From the NCBI GenBank assembly GCA_002269645.1, contig NIVC01000211.1:124001-188000 (forward strand): 64,000 nt of DNA, in the 5' to 3' direction. Positions 23,814-35,000 of this stretch are shown here, in pieces (position 1 is the first letter of the stretch; every line of letters starts with the position of its first letter). The notes beneath the pieces were generated by a model. That model saw nothing but the letters and a program-made list of their open reading frames with translations, did no database searches and was not told the DNA's origin. This DNA comes from Macrostomum lignano (Eukaryota). A program made the translations under genes and the position numbers.

Positions 23814-26785
23814 TCTGTTGCTTCTGCTGCTGCTGTGGCGGCTTGGGAGACGATTTCGAATGCGTCGATGGCGGCGAATGAGGCGACAGACTCTGCGAGG
23901 CGTCAGCTTCCGACAAGGAAATGTCCGGCATGTCGCCCAGAATGGCGGATGGATTCTGGTGATGATGACTGAGCAGTCCTCAGTTGCTGGACCAGCCTCC
24001 CAGATCCTCAGTTGCTGGGCCAGCCTCCTAGATTATCAGTTGCTGGGCCAGCCTCCCAGATCCTCAGTTGCTGGGCCAGCCTCCCAGATCCCCAGTTGCC
24101 CCTCGAGTGCATATACCTTGTGATGAAGCTGGCCAAAACAGGTCAATAAATATTTTTCTTCTTTGAGAAAATTATCATCTCAGGTGTGACTGTTTATTCA
24201 ACTCCATCGTGCAAGCGGCACATTTTATTATTCTCTTTACGTGCCGAAAGCAGCAAAACAGACGCCTTTGACTGGAGAAAAGATTTATCCATACAAAAAC
24301 ATATTGAAATCCGCAGCTGCTCCCGTCCTCTTTTGATGCTGAATAGATGCAGGTTGTTTGCAGAATTTCATAAAGATGACCGGGTGTTGACAGTGCAGTT
24401 TGATGAAAATATTGGGAAAGAGTGTGATGTTAAGCAGAGGCGGAACTGTTTAAATAGCGAAAATTTTCTTTCCTCCAGATGCTCCCATCTTATCGATTTG
24501 GAAATCTTTTATTCCCTAATCACTCCCAGATCCCCAGTTTCTGGCATAGATTCACTCCCAGATCCCCAGTTTCTGGCATAGAGTCACTCCCAGATCCCCA
24601 GTTTCTGGCATAGAGTCACTCCCGGATCCCCAATTTGGGAGAGAGTCACTCCCGGATCCCCAATTTGGGATAGAGTCAGTCCCGGATCCCCAATTTGGGA
24701 TAGAGTCAATCCCGGATCCCCAATTTGGGAGAGAGTCACTCCCGGATCCCCAATTCGGGAGAGAGTCACTCCCGGATCCCCAATTTGGGATAGAGTCAGT
24801 CCCGGATCCCCAATTTGGGATAGAGTCAGTCCCTGATCCCCAATTTGGGATAGAGTCACTCCCTGATCCCCAATTTGGGTTAGAGTCACTCCCTGATCCC
24901 AATTTGGGATAGAGTCACTCCCGGATCCCCAATTTGGGATAGAGTCACTCCCGGATCCCCAATTTAGGATAGAGTCACTCCCTGATCCCCAATTTGTGGA
25001 ATAAAGTCGCTTCCAGATCCCCAATTTGGGATAGAGTCACTCAAGGATCCTCAAGTTGGGATAGAGTCACTCAAGGATCCCCAAGTTGGGATAGAGTCAC
25101 TCCCGGATCCCCAATTTGGGAGTGAGTCACTCCCTGATGGCCTGATCCCCAATTTGGGAAAGAATCGCTCCCAGATCCCCTGTTTGGGATAAAGTCACTC
25201 CCAAATCCCAAATTTGTGGGATAAAGTCACTCCCAGATCCCCAGTTGGTGAGATAAATATCCCCAATTTCCAGGGATATCCCAAATCCATTTCAAATCCC
25301 ATATCCCACAGCTTAACCCTCAACCTCACCTCTCGGTTCCCCAGCTTCAACTCATTTGAGCTGTCAGCGGCAGCTCAGACTGCTCACTCGGAGGCCTACT
25401 CAGCGGACCCGCTGAAGTTCCTACGCGGCTGGTACGATCGGCAGGGACTCGAGGCGCCCAGCTTCAAAGTCGAAGCTCCAACCAGCAGCGGCGAAGTGGA
25501 CGAAATCGACGTACGCGCCGGTCGACTCCTCTGCTGCCGACTTGAACTGCCCGTCGACGGCCCCGACGGTCGGCCAGAAACCGCCGAGGCGCCGATGCCG
25601 CCGGGCACACGAAAACGCGACGCCATCGCAGCCTGCGCTCTGGCCGCCTGCCAACTGCTGGATCGAATGGGCGAACTGGACGCCGATGCTGGCAGCGGGT
25701 CGGCCGGCAGCAGTCGGGAGCGTCGGCTTCGCCAGCTGGCCGAGAACGACTTCTACGAGGAGGACGAGGACGCCTACCTGGACCGCACTGGCCAGTTGGA
25801 GGCGAAACGGCGAGCGCGGATGGCTGCCGCCGCTGCTGCCGCTGAAGGTGCTTCGAAGGCGCCGTCGGGTTCCACGGCGGTGACCTTCGACCAGCTGACG
25901 GCTCGTTGCCAGGCGCTGGACTCCGAGATCGCCGATCTGGAAACTCAGTTAGAAGCGGCCGCGGCTGAGTCTGCCAGCCGGAAGAAGTCGCAGCAGCAGC
26001 AACAACATCAAGCAAATTCAACTTCCAACCAGCTGGACGAGCTGGAAGAGTACATGCGCACTATTAAATCTGGCGGGCTGGATCAGCGAACTCGAACTCA
26101 GATGCGATTGAGACTCATGGCGGCTAAGAAGGAGGCGGCGCTGGCCCACCGGATGCTGGAGAAGGCTCGCCCAGCTGATCTGTCCAGTGTCGGTGCGGCG
26201 ACGAAAGCTCGAGAGCAGCGTCGGATTCCAATGACGGCGCCAACGAGTCAGGTGAAGCAGCCCGAGATGCAGGCATTCACCGGGGAGGAAGTTGAGTCGG
26301 ATGAGCAGCCGGTTGTGAAAGATGACGCTGAGCTTGCTGCTCAACACTCTGCTAATAGTAAAGTTGATGAAGACATGCCGCAGGCGGAACAGCCGCTAGA
26401 AGCGCCGACTGCAACAGCAGAGTCCGGCTCAGCCAAGGTTGAGAAGTTTGCTCCGATTCGTCTGCAGGCGTCTGCAAAGACCAGCTCGTTAGTAGCGGCA
26501 ACAAAGAAGCCTGGCAGTGCCGCTACAAAGATTGCCCGTCCAGCCTGGCTTGATGAGGCTGACGAGACTCCAGCGGCTGTCGCAGAGTCGTCTTTGGCGG
26601 CAAATTCTAAGAAACGAAAGAGGAAAAATCCGCCGCCACCGCCGCCGCCTCCGTCCCGGCCTCATCAGCTCGATGACGTTACTGGAGGCTATGACGCAAC
26701 AGATCCAGACTATGCCCTGTGGTTGCCGCCCTCTGATCAAACTGGTGACGGATCCACTGCGCTCAATGAAAAACTGGGATATTAA
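19134..26785 (+). CDS. SLC4A1AP: Kanadaptin (FHA domain + dsRBD-like region + coiled coil), 4 exons, about 788 aa
   Basis: Exons 19134-19609, 20627-20914, 21418-21579, 25345-26785, all phase-2 GT-AG joins. FHA motifs [22 protein letters not shown] and [11 protein letters not shown]; [14 protein letters not shown]; [13 protein letters not shown]; C-terminal [27 protein letters not shown] is characteristic. Confidence 0.93.
19665..20605. repeat. Minisatellite, 20/21-bp unit, filling kanadaptin intron 1
   Basis: GAGAATTGATAATCCACTAT(T) repeated. Confidence 0.93.
21622..22140 (+). repeat. 28-bp minisatellite (family also at 23977-24095, 53365-53812 and 55495-57308)
   Basis: CCTCAGTTGCTGGGCCAGCCTCCCAGAT, about 18 copies. 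Confidence 0.93.
22555..23290. repeat. 30-bp minisatellite (duplicated at about 24514-25250)
   Basis: TCACTCCCGGATCCCCAATTTGGGATAGAG repeated. Confidence 0.9.
23423..23977 (-). pseudogene. Copied fragment of the SoxD HMG exon (source 32880-33413)
   Basis: Near-identical to 32880-33413 except a CAG tract 7 codons longer and 2 SNPs; contains the complete HMG box; minus-strand ORF 23931-23236. Confidence 0.93.
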
Positions 26786-26809
26786 CGCTGGGATATAGCC
26801 ACAGATATC

Positions 26810-27345
26810 CCTGTCTTACAAATCCTCAAATTTTCAAATCTTACAAATCCTGAAAATATCCTAATCTTGTAGATCCTCAAACATCCCAATCAATTACAAA
26901 TCCTAAAAATATCCCAATCTTGTAGATCCTCAAATATCCCAATCTTGTAGATCCTCAAATATCCCAATCTTGTAGTTCCTCAAATATCCCAATCTTGTAG
27001 ATCCTCAAATATCCCAATCTTGTAGATCCTCAAATATCCCAATCTTGTAGATCCTCAAAATATCCCAATCTTTCAGATCCTTAAATATCCCAATCTTGTA
27101 GATCCTCAAAATATCCCAATCTTGTAGATCCTCAAAATATCCCAATCTTGTAGATCCTCAAATATCCCAATATTGTAGATCCTCAAAATATCCCAATCTT
27201 GCAGATCCTTAAATATCCCAATCTTGTAGATCCTCAAATATCCCAATCTTGTGGATCCTCAAATATCCCAATCTTTTAGATCCTCAAATATTATAATCTT
27301 ACAAATCCTCAAAATATCCCAATCCTAAAGATCCTCAAATATTCC
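26810..27345. repeat. 25/26-bp minisatellite downstream of the kanadaptin stop
   Basis: AAATATCCCAATCTTGTAGATCCTC repeated. Confidence 0.9.
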
Positions 27346-27857
27346 ATTGCCTAAGGTCCTCAGAGGGGAGTTAATATTTTGTATTTAGTAATTCTTAGTT
27401 TTACTTTAGGCAGTCGTTAACTTATATTGCCTTCCTCATTTGTACTTTTAGATTTCTATTCTCGCTGTTCAACTTCAAAGTTGCTTTTTGCAGTTAATAA
27501 ATATAATTATTCGTAAATCGTAATAAAAATGTTGAAATTCAGCATCTTAATTTTGTGCATTTCCTGCATAAAATGCGAATTATATCTGATCACTTGTATT
27601 TAAATTTGGAAATCAATGAGTTTAAACTTAAGTCTAACATTAAAAAATATTTTAATCGGGTTATTACGTCTAATTAAGAAAACAAAATATAGTATTCTGC
27701 TACATATCTAGTACTTGGTTAGTAGTTATTGCCAGTGATTTATTGTGATGAAAGGGTCTGAAATTGCATTAATTATAGATTATAAATGATTTAATAATCA
27801 TTTTATGATTTAAGAAGATCAGGCTGATGTTCAAGCAACACTGGCTTTTGTAAGGCG

Positions 27858-28590
27858 CACCCACTCAAATGAAATGGCGCCCCCACTCAAATGAAATGGC
27901 GCCCCTCACTCAAATGAAATGGCGCCCCACTCAAATAAAATGGCGTCCCTCCCTCTACTAAAAATGCCGCCCCATTCAAATGAAATGGCGCCCCATTCAA
28001 ATGAAATGGCGCCCCATTCAAATGAAATAACGCCCCATTCAAATGAAATGGCGCCCCACTCAAATGAAATGGCGCCCCATTCAAATAAAATGGCGCCCCA
28101 TTCAAAAAAAGTGGCGCCCCCACTCAAATGAAATGGCGCCCCCACTCAAATAAAATGGCGCCCCCACTCAAATGAAATGGCGCCCCATTCAAATGAAATA
28201 ACGCCCCATTCAAATGAAATGGCGCCCCACTCAAATGAAATGGCGCCCCATTCAAATAAAATGGCGCCCCATTCAAATAAAATGGCGCCCCCACTCAAAT
28301 GAAATGGCGCCCCATTCAAATGAAATAACGCCCCATTCAAATGAAATGGCGCCCCACTCAAATGAAATGGCGCCCCATTCAAATAAAATGGCGCCCCATT
28401 CAAATAAAATGGCGCCCCCACTCAAATAAAATGGCGCCCCCACTCAAATAAATGGCGCCCCCACTCAAATAAAATGGCGCCCCCACTCAAATGAAATGGC
28501 GCCCCCACTCAAATGAAATGGCGCCCCCACTAAAATAAAATGGTGTCCCCTTAAATGAAATGGCGCCCCCACGCTAAAAAGGCGCCACCT
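27858..28590. repeat. 21/22-bp GGCGCC-core minisatellite
   Basis: ACTCAAATGAAATGGCGCCCC(C) repeated. Confidence 0.9.
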
Positions 28591-28611
28591 CAAATAAAAT
28601 GGCGCATAAAA

Positions 28612-29693
28612 CTAGGAACAAAATTGGTAATAATTCCGCAGCTTTGTCACTGTCTGCAGTTTGTGCCGGCTAGCCAGATGCTGCACTATGCCACCCAGTG
28701 TGCCCCTGTAGCCATTGTGGCACAGCTGGCATTGCACCTCCCGCTCTGGGCAACTGTTCAGATGGTTGCTACGGTCTCGCCTGAGACACTCCAGGCCGCA
28801 GTGGGGGCACTGGAATGGCGATTGAGAGATTATCTGCTCCAGAGTGCGGCTGCGGTGGCACCAGAACACGCGGGATTGGCAGCTTCTCACTGGGCACCTG
28901 CATTTGGATTGCGTGGCTGAGTCTTGTTGTGATGGGGCTGTTCACCTCCTACAGATCCTCGAGGTCTTGAAAGCCAGGTCATAGACTTGTTTAGGAGGAT
29001 TCTAGATCCTATAGGGGAGATTCTACATGTAGATTTCTATAGGGGAGATTCTAGATTCTTATAGGGGATATTCTAGATTTCTATAGGGGAGATTCTAGAT
29101 TCCTATAGGGGAGATTCTAAATCCAGTAGGGGAGATTCTAGATCCTATGGGGGGATTCTAGATCCTATATGGGAGATTCTAAATCTTATAGGGGAGATTC
29201 TAGATTCCTATAGGGGAGATTCTAAATCCGGTAGGGGAGATTCTAGATCCTATAGGGGAGATTCCAGATCCTATAGGTGAGATTTTAAATCCTATATGGG
29301 AGATTCTAAATCCGGTAGGGGAGATTCTAGATTCCTATAGGAGCGATTCTAGATTCCTATAGGGGAGATTCTAAATCCGGTAGGGGAGATTCTAGATCCT
29401 TCATAGGGAAATTTTAGATTCTATAGGGGGATTCTAGATCCTCTAGGGGAGATTTCTAGCTTCTATAGGAGAGATTCTCGACTCTAATAGGATTCTAAAT
29501 TCTTAACAAAAGAAACAATTAAATCCCTCCCGTCTCAGCAGTACCTTCGCAACAGGCCGCGACCATTCGGGTTCCTCACACAGGTGCCGCACAAAACCCT
29601 GTGGCAGCAGTCGGTTTCGAATACCGCCTTGCTAGGCAGCTGGTCGCAACAGGCGCACTTTAACAATTTGTTGTCAATTGTCGTTAAGGCCAT
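28612..29693 (-). CDS. Small RING-like + TRAF-type zinc-finger protein, 2 exons, with an in-frame TGA in the simplest splice model
   Basis: Exon 29693-29545: MALTTIDNKLLKCACC..DCCHRVLCGTC. Exon 28948-28612: KCRCPVRSC..FQCPHCGLECLRRDRSNHLNSCPEREVQCQLC (TRAF finger). TGA at 28944-28942. Confidence 0.65.
28995..29490. repeat. 21/22-bp minisatellite in the RING/TRAF gene intron
   Basis: CTAGAT(T)CCTATAGGGGAGATT repeated. Confidence 0.88.
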
Positions 29694-30107
29694 TTTTCAA
29701 GATATGGCAGCTAAATGTTGGAGTTTAAGATTGCTAGCTGTTTGCCTGGGCTAAATTTGCGTTTGCATTTTTATGCTGGCTGCATTGGATGAGCCTGCTT
29801 GAAGACATTTTATTCTCTCTCTGTGTACCCTTTTCTGCAAACACAGACAGGCTGAGTGTGTGACCACAAGCCTACGAATAGCATAAATTTTCAGTGTTTA
29901 AGTGCACAGCCGCTAGCTTATTTGAATGGCTCTCTTTCTTAGAATTTAATTCTCCAGCTCTATCTTAGTTAATCACATGTTGCTGCATTAGCAGTCTCCG
30001 TTTACGGTGAACTGTGAACTGTGACACATCGCGGGCTCACAGGCTGAAAGATAAACACGGAGAGGTGGACAGATAGACATTGGGAGGGAGGGCCGGATGC
30101 GAAGGCA

Positions 30108-30222
30108 TAGACATCAAGACAGACAAATAGACAGACAGACACACAGACATGGACAGACAGACAGACAGACGGACAGACAGACAGACACTAAGACAGACAG
30201 ACAGACAGACACTAAGACACCA

Positions 30223-30267
<45 letters not shown>

Positions 30268-30294
30268 CTAAGACACTAAGACACTAAGACACTA

Positions 30295-30388
<94 letters not shown>
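30108..30388. repeat. (GACA)n microsatellite
   Basis: Long AGAC run with AGACACTA variants. Confidence 0.95.
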
Positions 30389-30389
<1 letters not shown>

Positions 30390-32025
30390 TGCATTAAGTT
30401 TCAAACTAAAATAGCAACGCACTGCAAACGCCCTTCGGAATGGATCTGCACAAGCCGGCAGGCCGCTTAACCAGAGAGGCCGAGTCTCAAAAGGGAATAA
30501 ATTTTATTTATTCAATCAAAGCTTTGTTGAAACGACAAAGACAGCAAAAAGCACATTCAATTTTTTAAAAACTCTACAATTTGTGTTTGAGTCGAATAAT
30601 AGGAAAAACAAGGACTAAAAAACTTCTGCAGTGCACTCTGTACTTTAGCCAGTGATAGCTCGTATTAACAATAAACAGTCTTGTATCTCTGAAACGGGTT
30701 ACAATTAAGGTACGTTAAGTACTTTTTATTCACTTTTATAACGTACAAAACTGAGCAGCAAGCTTTGACCTATATAACTAAAACAAAAGCAGTGAAAAAA
30801 ATTAACAAGAACAATATTAACATTTAAAGCAACACTAAAGGTTTATGTTCAAAAAATGTTTTGTTTGTTAAACTGAATAAGGAACAGGGTGGATATTTTT
30901 TAATTACAATCATTCGAACTTATTTTACAATTAATACAGATGAGCGTTATACTACTCGTAGCCAAGACCGCTACAAGTAGTAAAGGTGATATTTTCTGCA
31001 AAAGTTCATCCACAGTTATGAATGGTCTAATTGGTTTTATTGTGCAAACAACAAGCTAATTTTATTTAAACTGTACAACACAACTGACAAAAAAAATTAC
31101 CGAAGGAATGATATTCTAAGAAAACAATAAAAAACGAATTTTTTGGCTTAAAAACAGATGCTATTCAATAAGACAGCTAACAAAACAAAACAAATTAACA
31201 ATAACAACATATAAGAAATATTAATCAAATTTTATGTAAGCCTCATAAAGGTACAGAGAAATGCTCCTTTGTTGAAAGCAAACTGCCAAGTGGAAAATTT
31301 TTATGTTGGGTTCAGGTCTCAGCGTCTCACTCCATAGAAATTGATTGTACTTTTAAAGCCTCAGTTTATTGAGAATGAATGAATGCATGACAATTTGATC
31401 GTTAATCTTCGTTAAGTACTTTTGAAATTCACTTCTACGAATCGATTTGACTTTAACAGTAAATTTTTGCTTAAATTTTAAACTACTTTTATTTAACAAA
31501 CTTCATTTTTTTGCAAGTGATAATCAACTGTAACTTAACTTAATCTCTTTTTAGAATAGACTGTGTACTTTTATTCAATGGCCAACTTCTTACATTAATT
31601 AGACTTTTTTATTTGAATTGCTCTTCTAAAAATCAGCGTCCTCTTTTAAAGTGCAATCGGGTCACTTCGAGTCTCTCCCGAAAAAATGTGTTGTACTTTT
31701 ATGATGTCACTATTAATATTCAATTGTATTTTTAGATTATTATGATTTTAGTATATTGGATTATATGCTTTAAATTGATTGCAATTTCATAGGGTCTTTA
31801 GGGTCTAAAGAGTGAATTATATTGAAGTATTACTTCAAGCTATAATTGAAGTCTAAAGAGTGAAGCTATGAAATTGCAATGTACTTTTAGACTCTTAACC
31901 AACCTTTGAATTGGTTGTACTTTTTTGAGTCTAAAAATCTATCAACCAATTGGTACATTTCTGAGTCGGGAAAATATTTCCTACCGCGCTATGAAAATAT
32001 TTTTAGGTTGATAATATAATTTCTG

Positions 32026-35000
32026 TCAGTACTCCCCGCCGCTGCTGAAATCTCCCTCATCCTCTGCGTCGATCAGCATGGCGCCGCCGCCAGCATCAGA
32101 GTCGGCTTCGTCTTCGACGTCAATTTGGATTTGCCGTTCCTGATCGGCGGCTGTCGCGTCGCGTTGGACGTCACGAATTCCTGCAAACTGCCGCTGATGC
32201 TGCTCGAAGTGACTCAATGTGACGTTTGAGTCCTCTGGGATGGTAACAAATGGAGTGATAGATCAACGCTCAGATCACTGAGCCTCATCAGCTGTTTGTG
32301 ATCTCACTAAAATCAACTAACTGCGCATCGTTGTGATTGACACTCGCAAGGTCACTCTTTTCTATCAGCTAACTTCATTTGTTCATTAAATGGCTTTTAT
32401 ATGCTCATTGTCATTCTCTCTTCTTTCTTTCTGTCACTCTTCGGTCAGCACTCTGTCACTCTTCCACGCACTCTTTTTGTCCCTCTGCCTATCACTGTCT
32501 CTACCTATCACTCTATCTGTCACTCTGCCTGTCACTCTATCTGTCACTCTGCCTGTCACTTTATCTGTCACTCTGCCTATCACTCTATCTGTCACTCTGC
32601 CTGTCACTTTATCTGTCACTCTGCCTATCACTCTATTTGTCTCAATTTATTCATCTGTCACACTCCCCCCGTCACTCACCCGCTGTTCCACCCGAGCCGG
32701 TCACTCCGGTCATCGAACCCACAGTCGACGCCGCCATCCACAGCTGCTGCTGCTGCTGCTGCTGCTGTTTCTGCTGCAGCTTGAGTCCCAGGCCAGCCAC
32801 CGCCGAAGAAGGCGCGGCTGTCGCGGCCGGCGCCGCTGCTGCAGCACTGGGGGAGCTCTTGCCCCGACCTTTCACCAGGTCTTTGTACTCGGACACGCGC
32901 AGCTTTCGGCCGTCCAATATGCAGGTGCGCTTCGGCCTGGGTCGGTAGCGATAATCCGGATGCTGCTCCATGTGCACCCGCGACAACCGCGACTGCTCCT
33001 CGTAGAACGGCTGCTTCTCCTCGGCTGTCATGGCCTTCCACTTGGCCCCGAGAATCTTCGAGATGCTGGAGTTGTGCATGTCCGGGCAGGCCTTGAGAAT
33101 CTTGCGCCGCTCCTCCCGGGCCCACACCATGAAGGCGTTCATCGGGCGCTTGACGTGATGGCTGCCGCGGCTCGACTGGGACTGCTGGTTGCCGGGCTTG
33201 CTTGATGCCAGCTTGCGGGGAGTCTGTGGCTGCTGCTGCTGTTGCTGCTTCTGTTGCTTCTGCTGCTGCTGTGGCGGCTTGGGAGACGATTTCGAATGCG
33301 TCGATGGCGGCGAATGAGGCGACAGACTCTGCGAGGCGTCAGCTTCCGACAAGGAAATGTCCGGCATGTCGCCCAGAATGGCGGATGGATTCTGGTGATG
33401 CTGACTGAGCAGTGAGTGATGATGTTGCTGCTGCTGCTGCTGCTGCTGCTGGATGAGCTGCAAATTTGGTATCGATAGAGTTTAGGTTGCCATGCCAAAC
33501 TAGATTCGTAGAAGCTTTATTAAAGTAGCTATTTCTTAGAAAATTTTAATCCTCACCTGCACAGTGGGCTGTTGGTTGTAGAGGCCCAGACTTCCAGGAG
33601 GCAGCGACAGACCGTGAGCTGCCGCTGCGGCTAGCAGAAACTCCTGCTGCTGTTGCTGCTGCTGCTGCTGCCCGGCAGTGACTGCAGGCAGACTAAAATT
33701 TGTTTAAATTTGTTTTAAAATATTTTGTTGACTTCGTTGACTTTGTCCAAACTAGTTTCTTTTCCAAGCTTAAATAATTTATTTGAAATGAAATCTGTTT
33801 TTTAAATCACCGCCTTTCCGAAACTTACTCAAGTACAAATATCCCAATTCCAAATCTTCACTTTTCAAATATCCCTTTCCAAATCTCCTTATTCCAAATC
33901 TCCCATTCCAAATCTCCCATTCCAAATCTCCCATTCCAAATCTCCTTATTCCAAATCTCCCCATTCCAAATCTCCCATTCCAAATCTCCTTTTTCCAAAT
34001 CTCCCATTCCAAATCTCCTTATTCCAAATCTCCCCATTCCAAATCTCCCATTCCAAATCTCCCATTCAAAATCTCCCCATTCCAAATCTCCCATTCCAAA
34101 TCTCCCCTTTCAAAATCTCCCCTTTCCAAATCTCCCCTTTCCAAATATCCCATTCCAAATCTCCCCATTCCAAATCTCCCATTCCAAATCTCCCCTTTCC
34201 AAATCTCCCCTTTCCAAATATCCCATTCCAAATCTACCCAATACCGAATCTTCCCATTCCAAATCTCCTATTCCTAATCTCCCTTTTCCAAAACTCCTCA
34301 AATCTCTCCATTCCAAATCTCCCCTTTCCAAATCTCCTTAAATCTCCCCTTTTTAAATATAGTTAATAATTTTTCAAATTCTTAAACATCCGAAAAATCC
34401 CAAACTATATAACTTTATTATCAAACCTTAAAAATATGTAAAAATTCCGCAAAAAAGGTCTACATGCAAAGAAAGAGACAAGAACAGCCACTTTGTAATC
34501 GCTAAGCTGATGACTCACCTCAGCTGACTAAAGGCTGCCTGCTGCTGTTGCTGCTGCTGCTGCTGCAGAGGTGGCGCAGGCAGCGTTAGCCCAGCTGCAG
34601 CCAGCAGACTTGCCACCTGTTGCTCCTGCTGGCTGGCCAATGAAATCTTGCCGCCCGTAGTCAAGGCGACCGACTCGTCGCCCCCCTGACAGCAGCGGGT
34701 GGTGGCCGTCCGAAGACCCAGCCGGGGCTTCTTGGACAAATCCTGTTGGCAATTGGAGATGAGAGTTGGGCAGAATCTCCCGTTAGCAGCTTAGTCACAA
34801 AGGGGTCGAGCCAACCCCCCCCCATCCCCCAAGTAGTGATTGCGCAACTTTCCAAACCGAAAGGAAGAATCGAAAGAGGAAAGAAGGGAAACTCGAGAAG
34901 ACGCGTCGCGTCAGGGAGCTCTGCATTCGCTACAGCACAATGGTGTGCTACGTAGGAACTTCGTGGTGAATTTTAAAGAAATTTTTGGTTGGTTGTATGT

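Larger units (their letters stand above)
22018..25358 (+). repeat. Direct segmental duplication: 22018-23399 versus 23977-25358 (offset 1959 bp)
   Basis: Near-identical copies (ORF track pairs 22227/24186, 22593/24552, 22625/24584); at least two SNPs seen (GCGCC vs GCCCC; CCCTAA vs CCCCAA). Confidence 0.95.

Noticed and set aside
25214-25344. N-terminal part of the 523-aa ORF
   Set aside because: Intronic read-through; the real exon starts at the acceptor at 25345.
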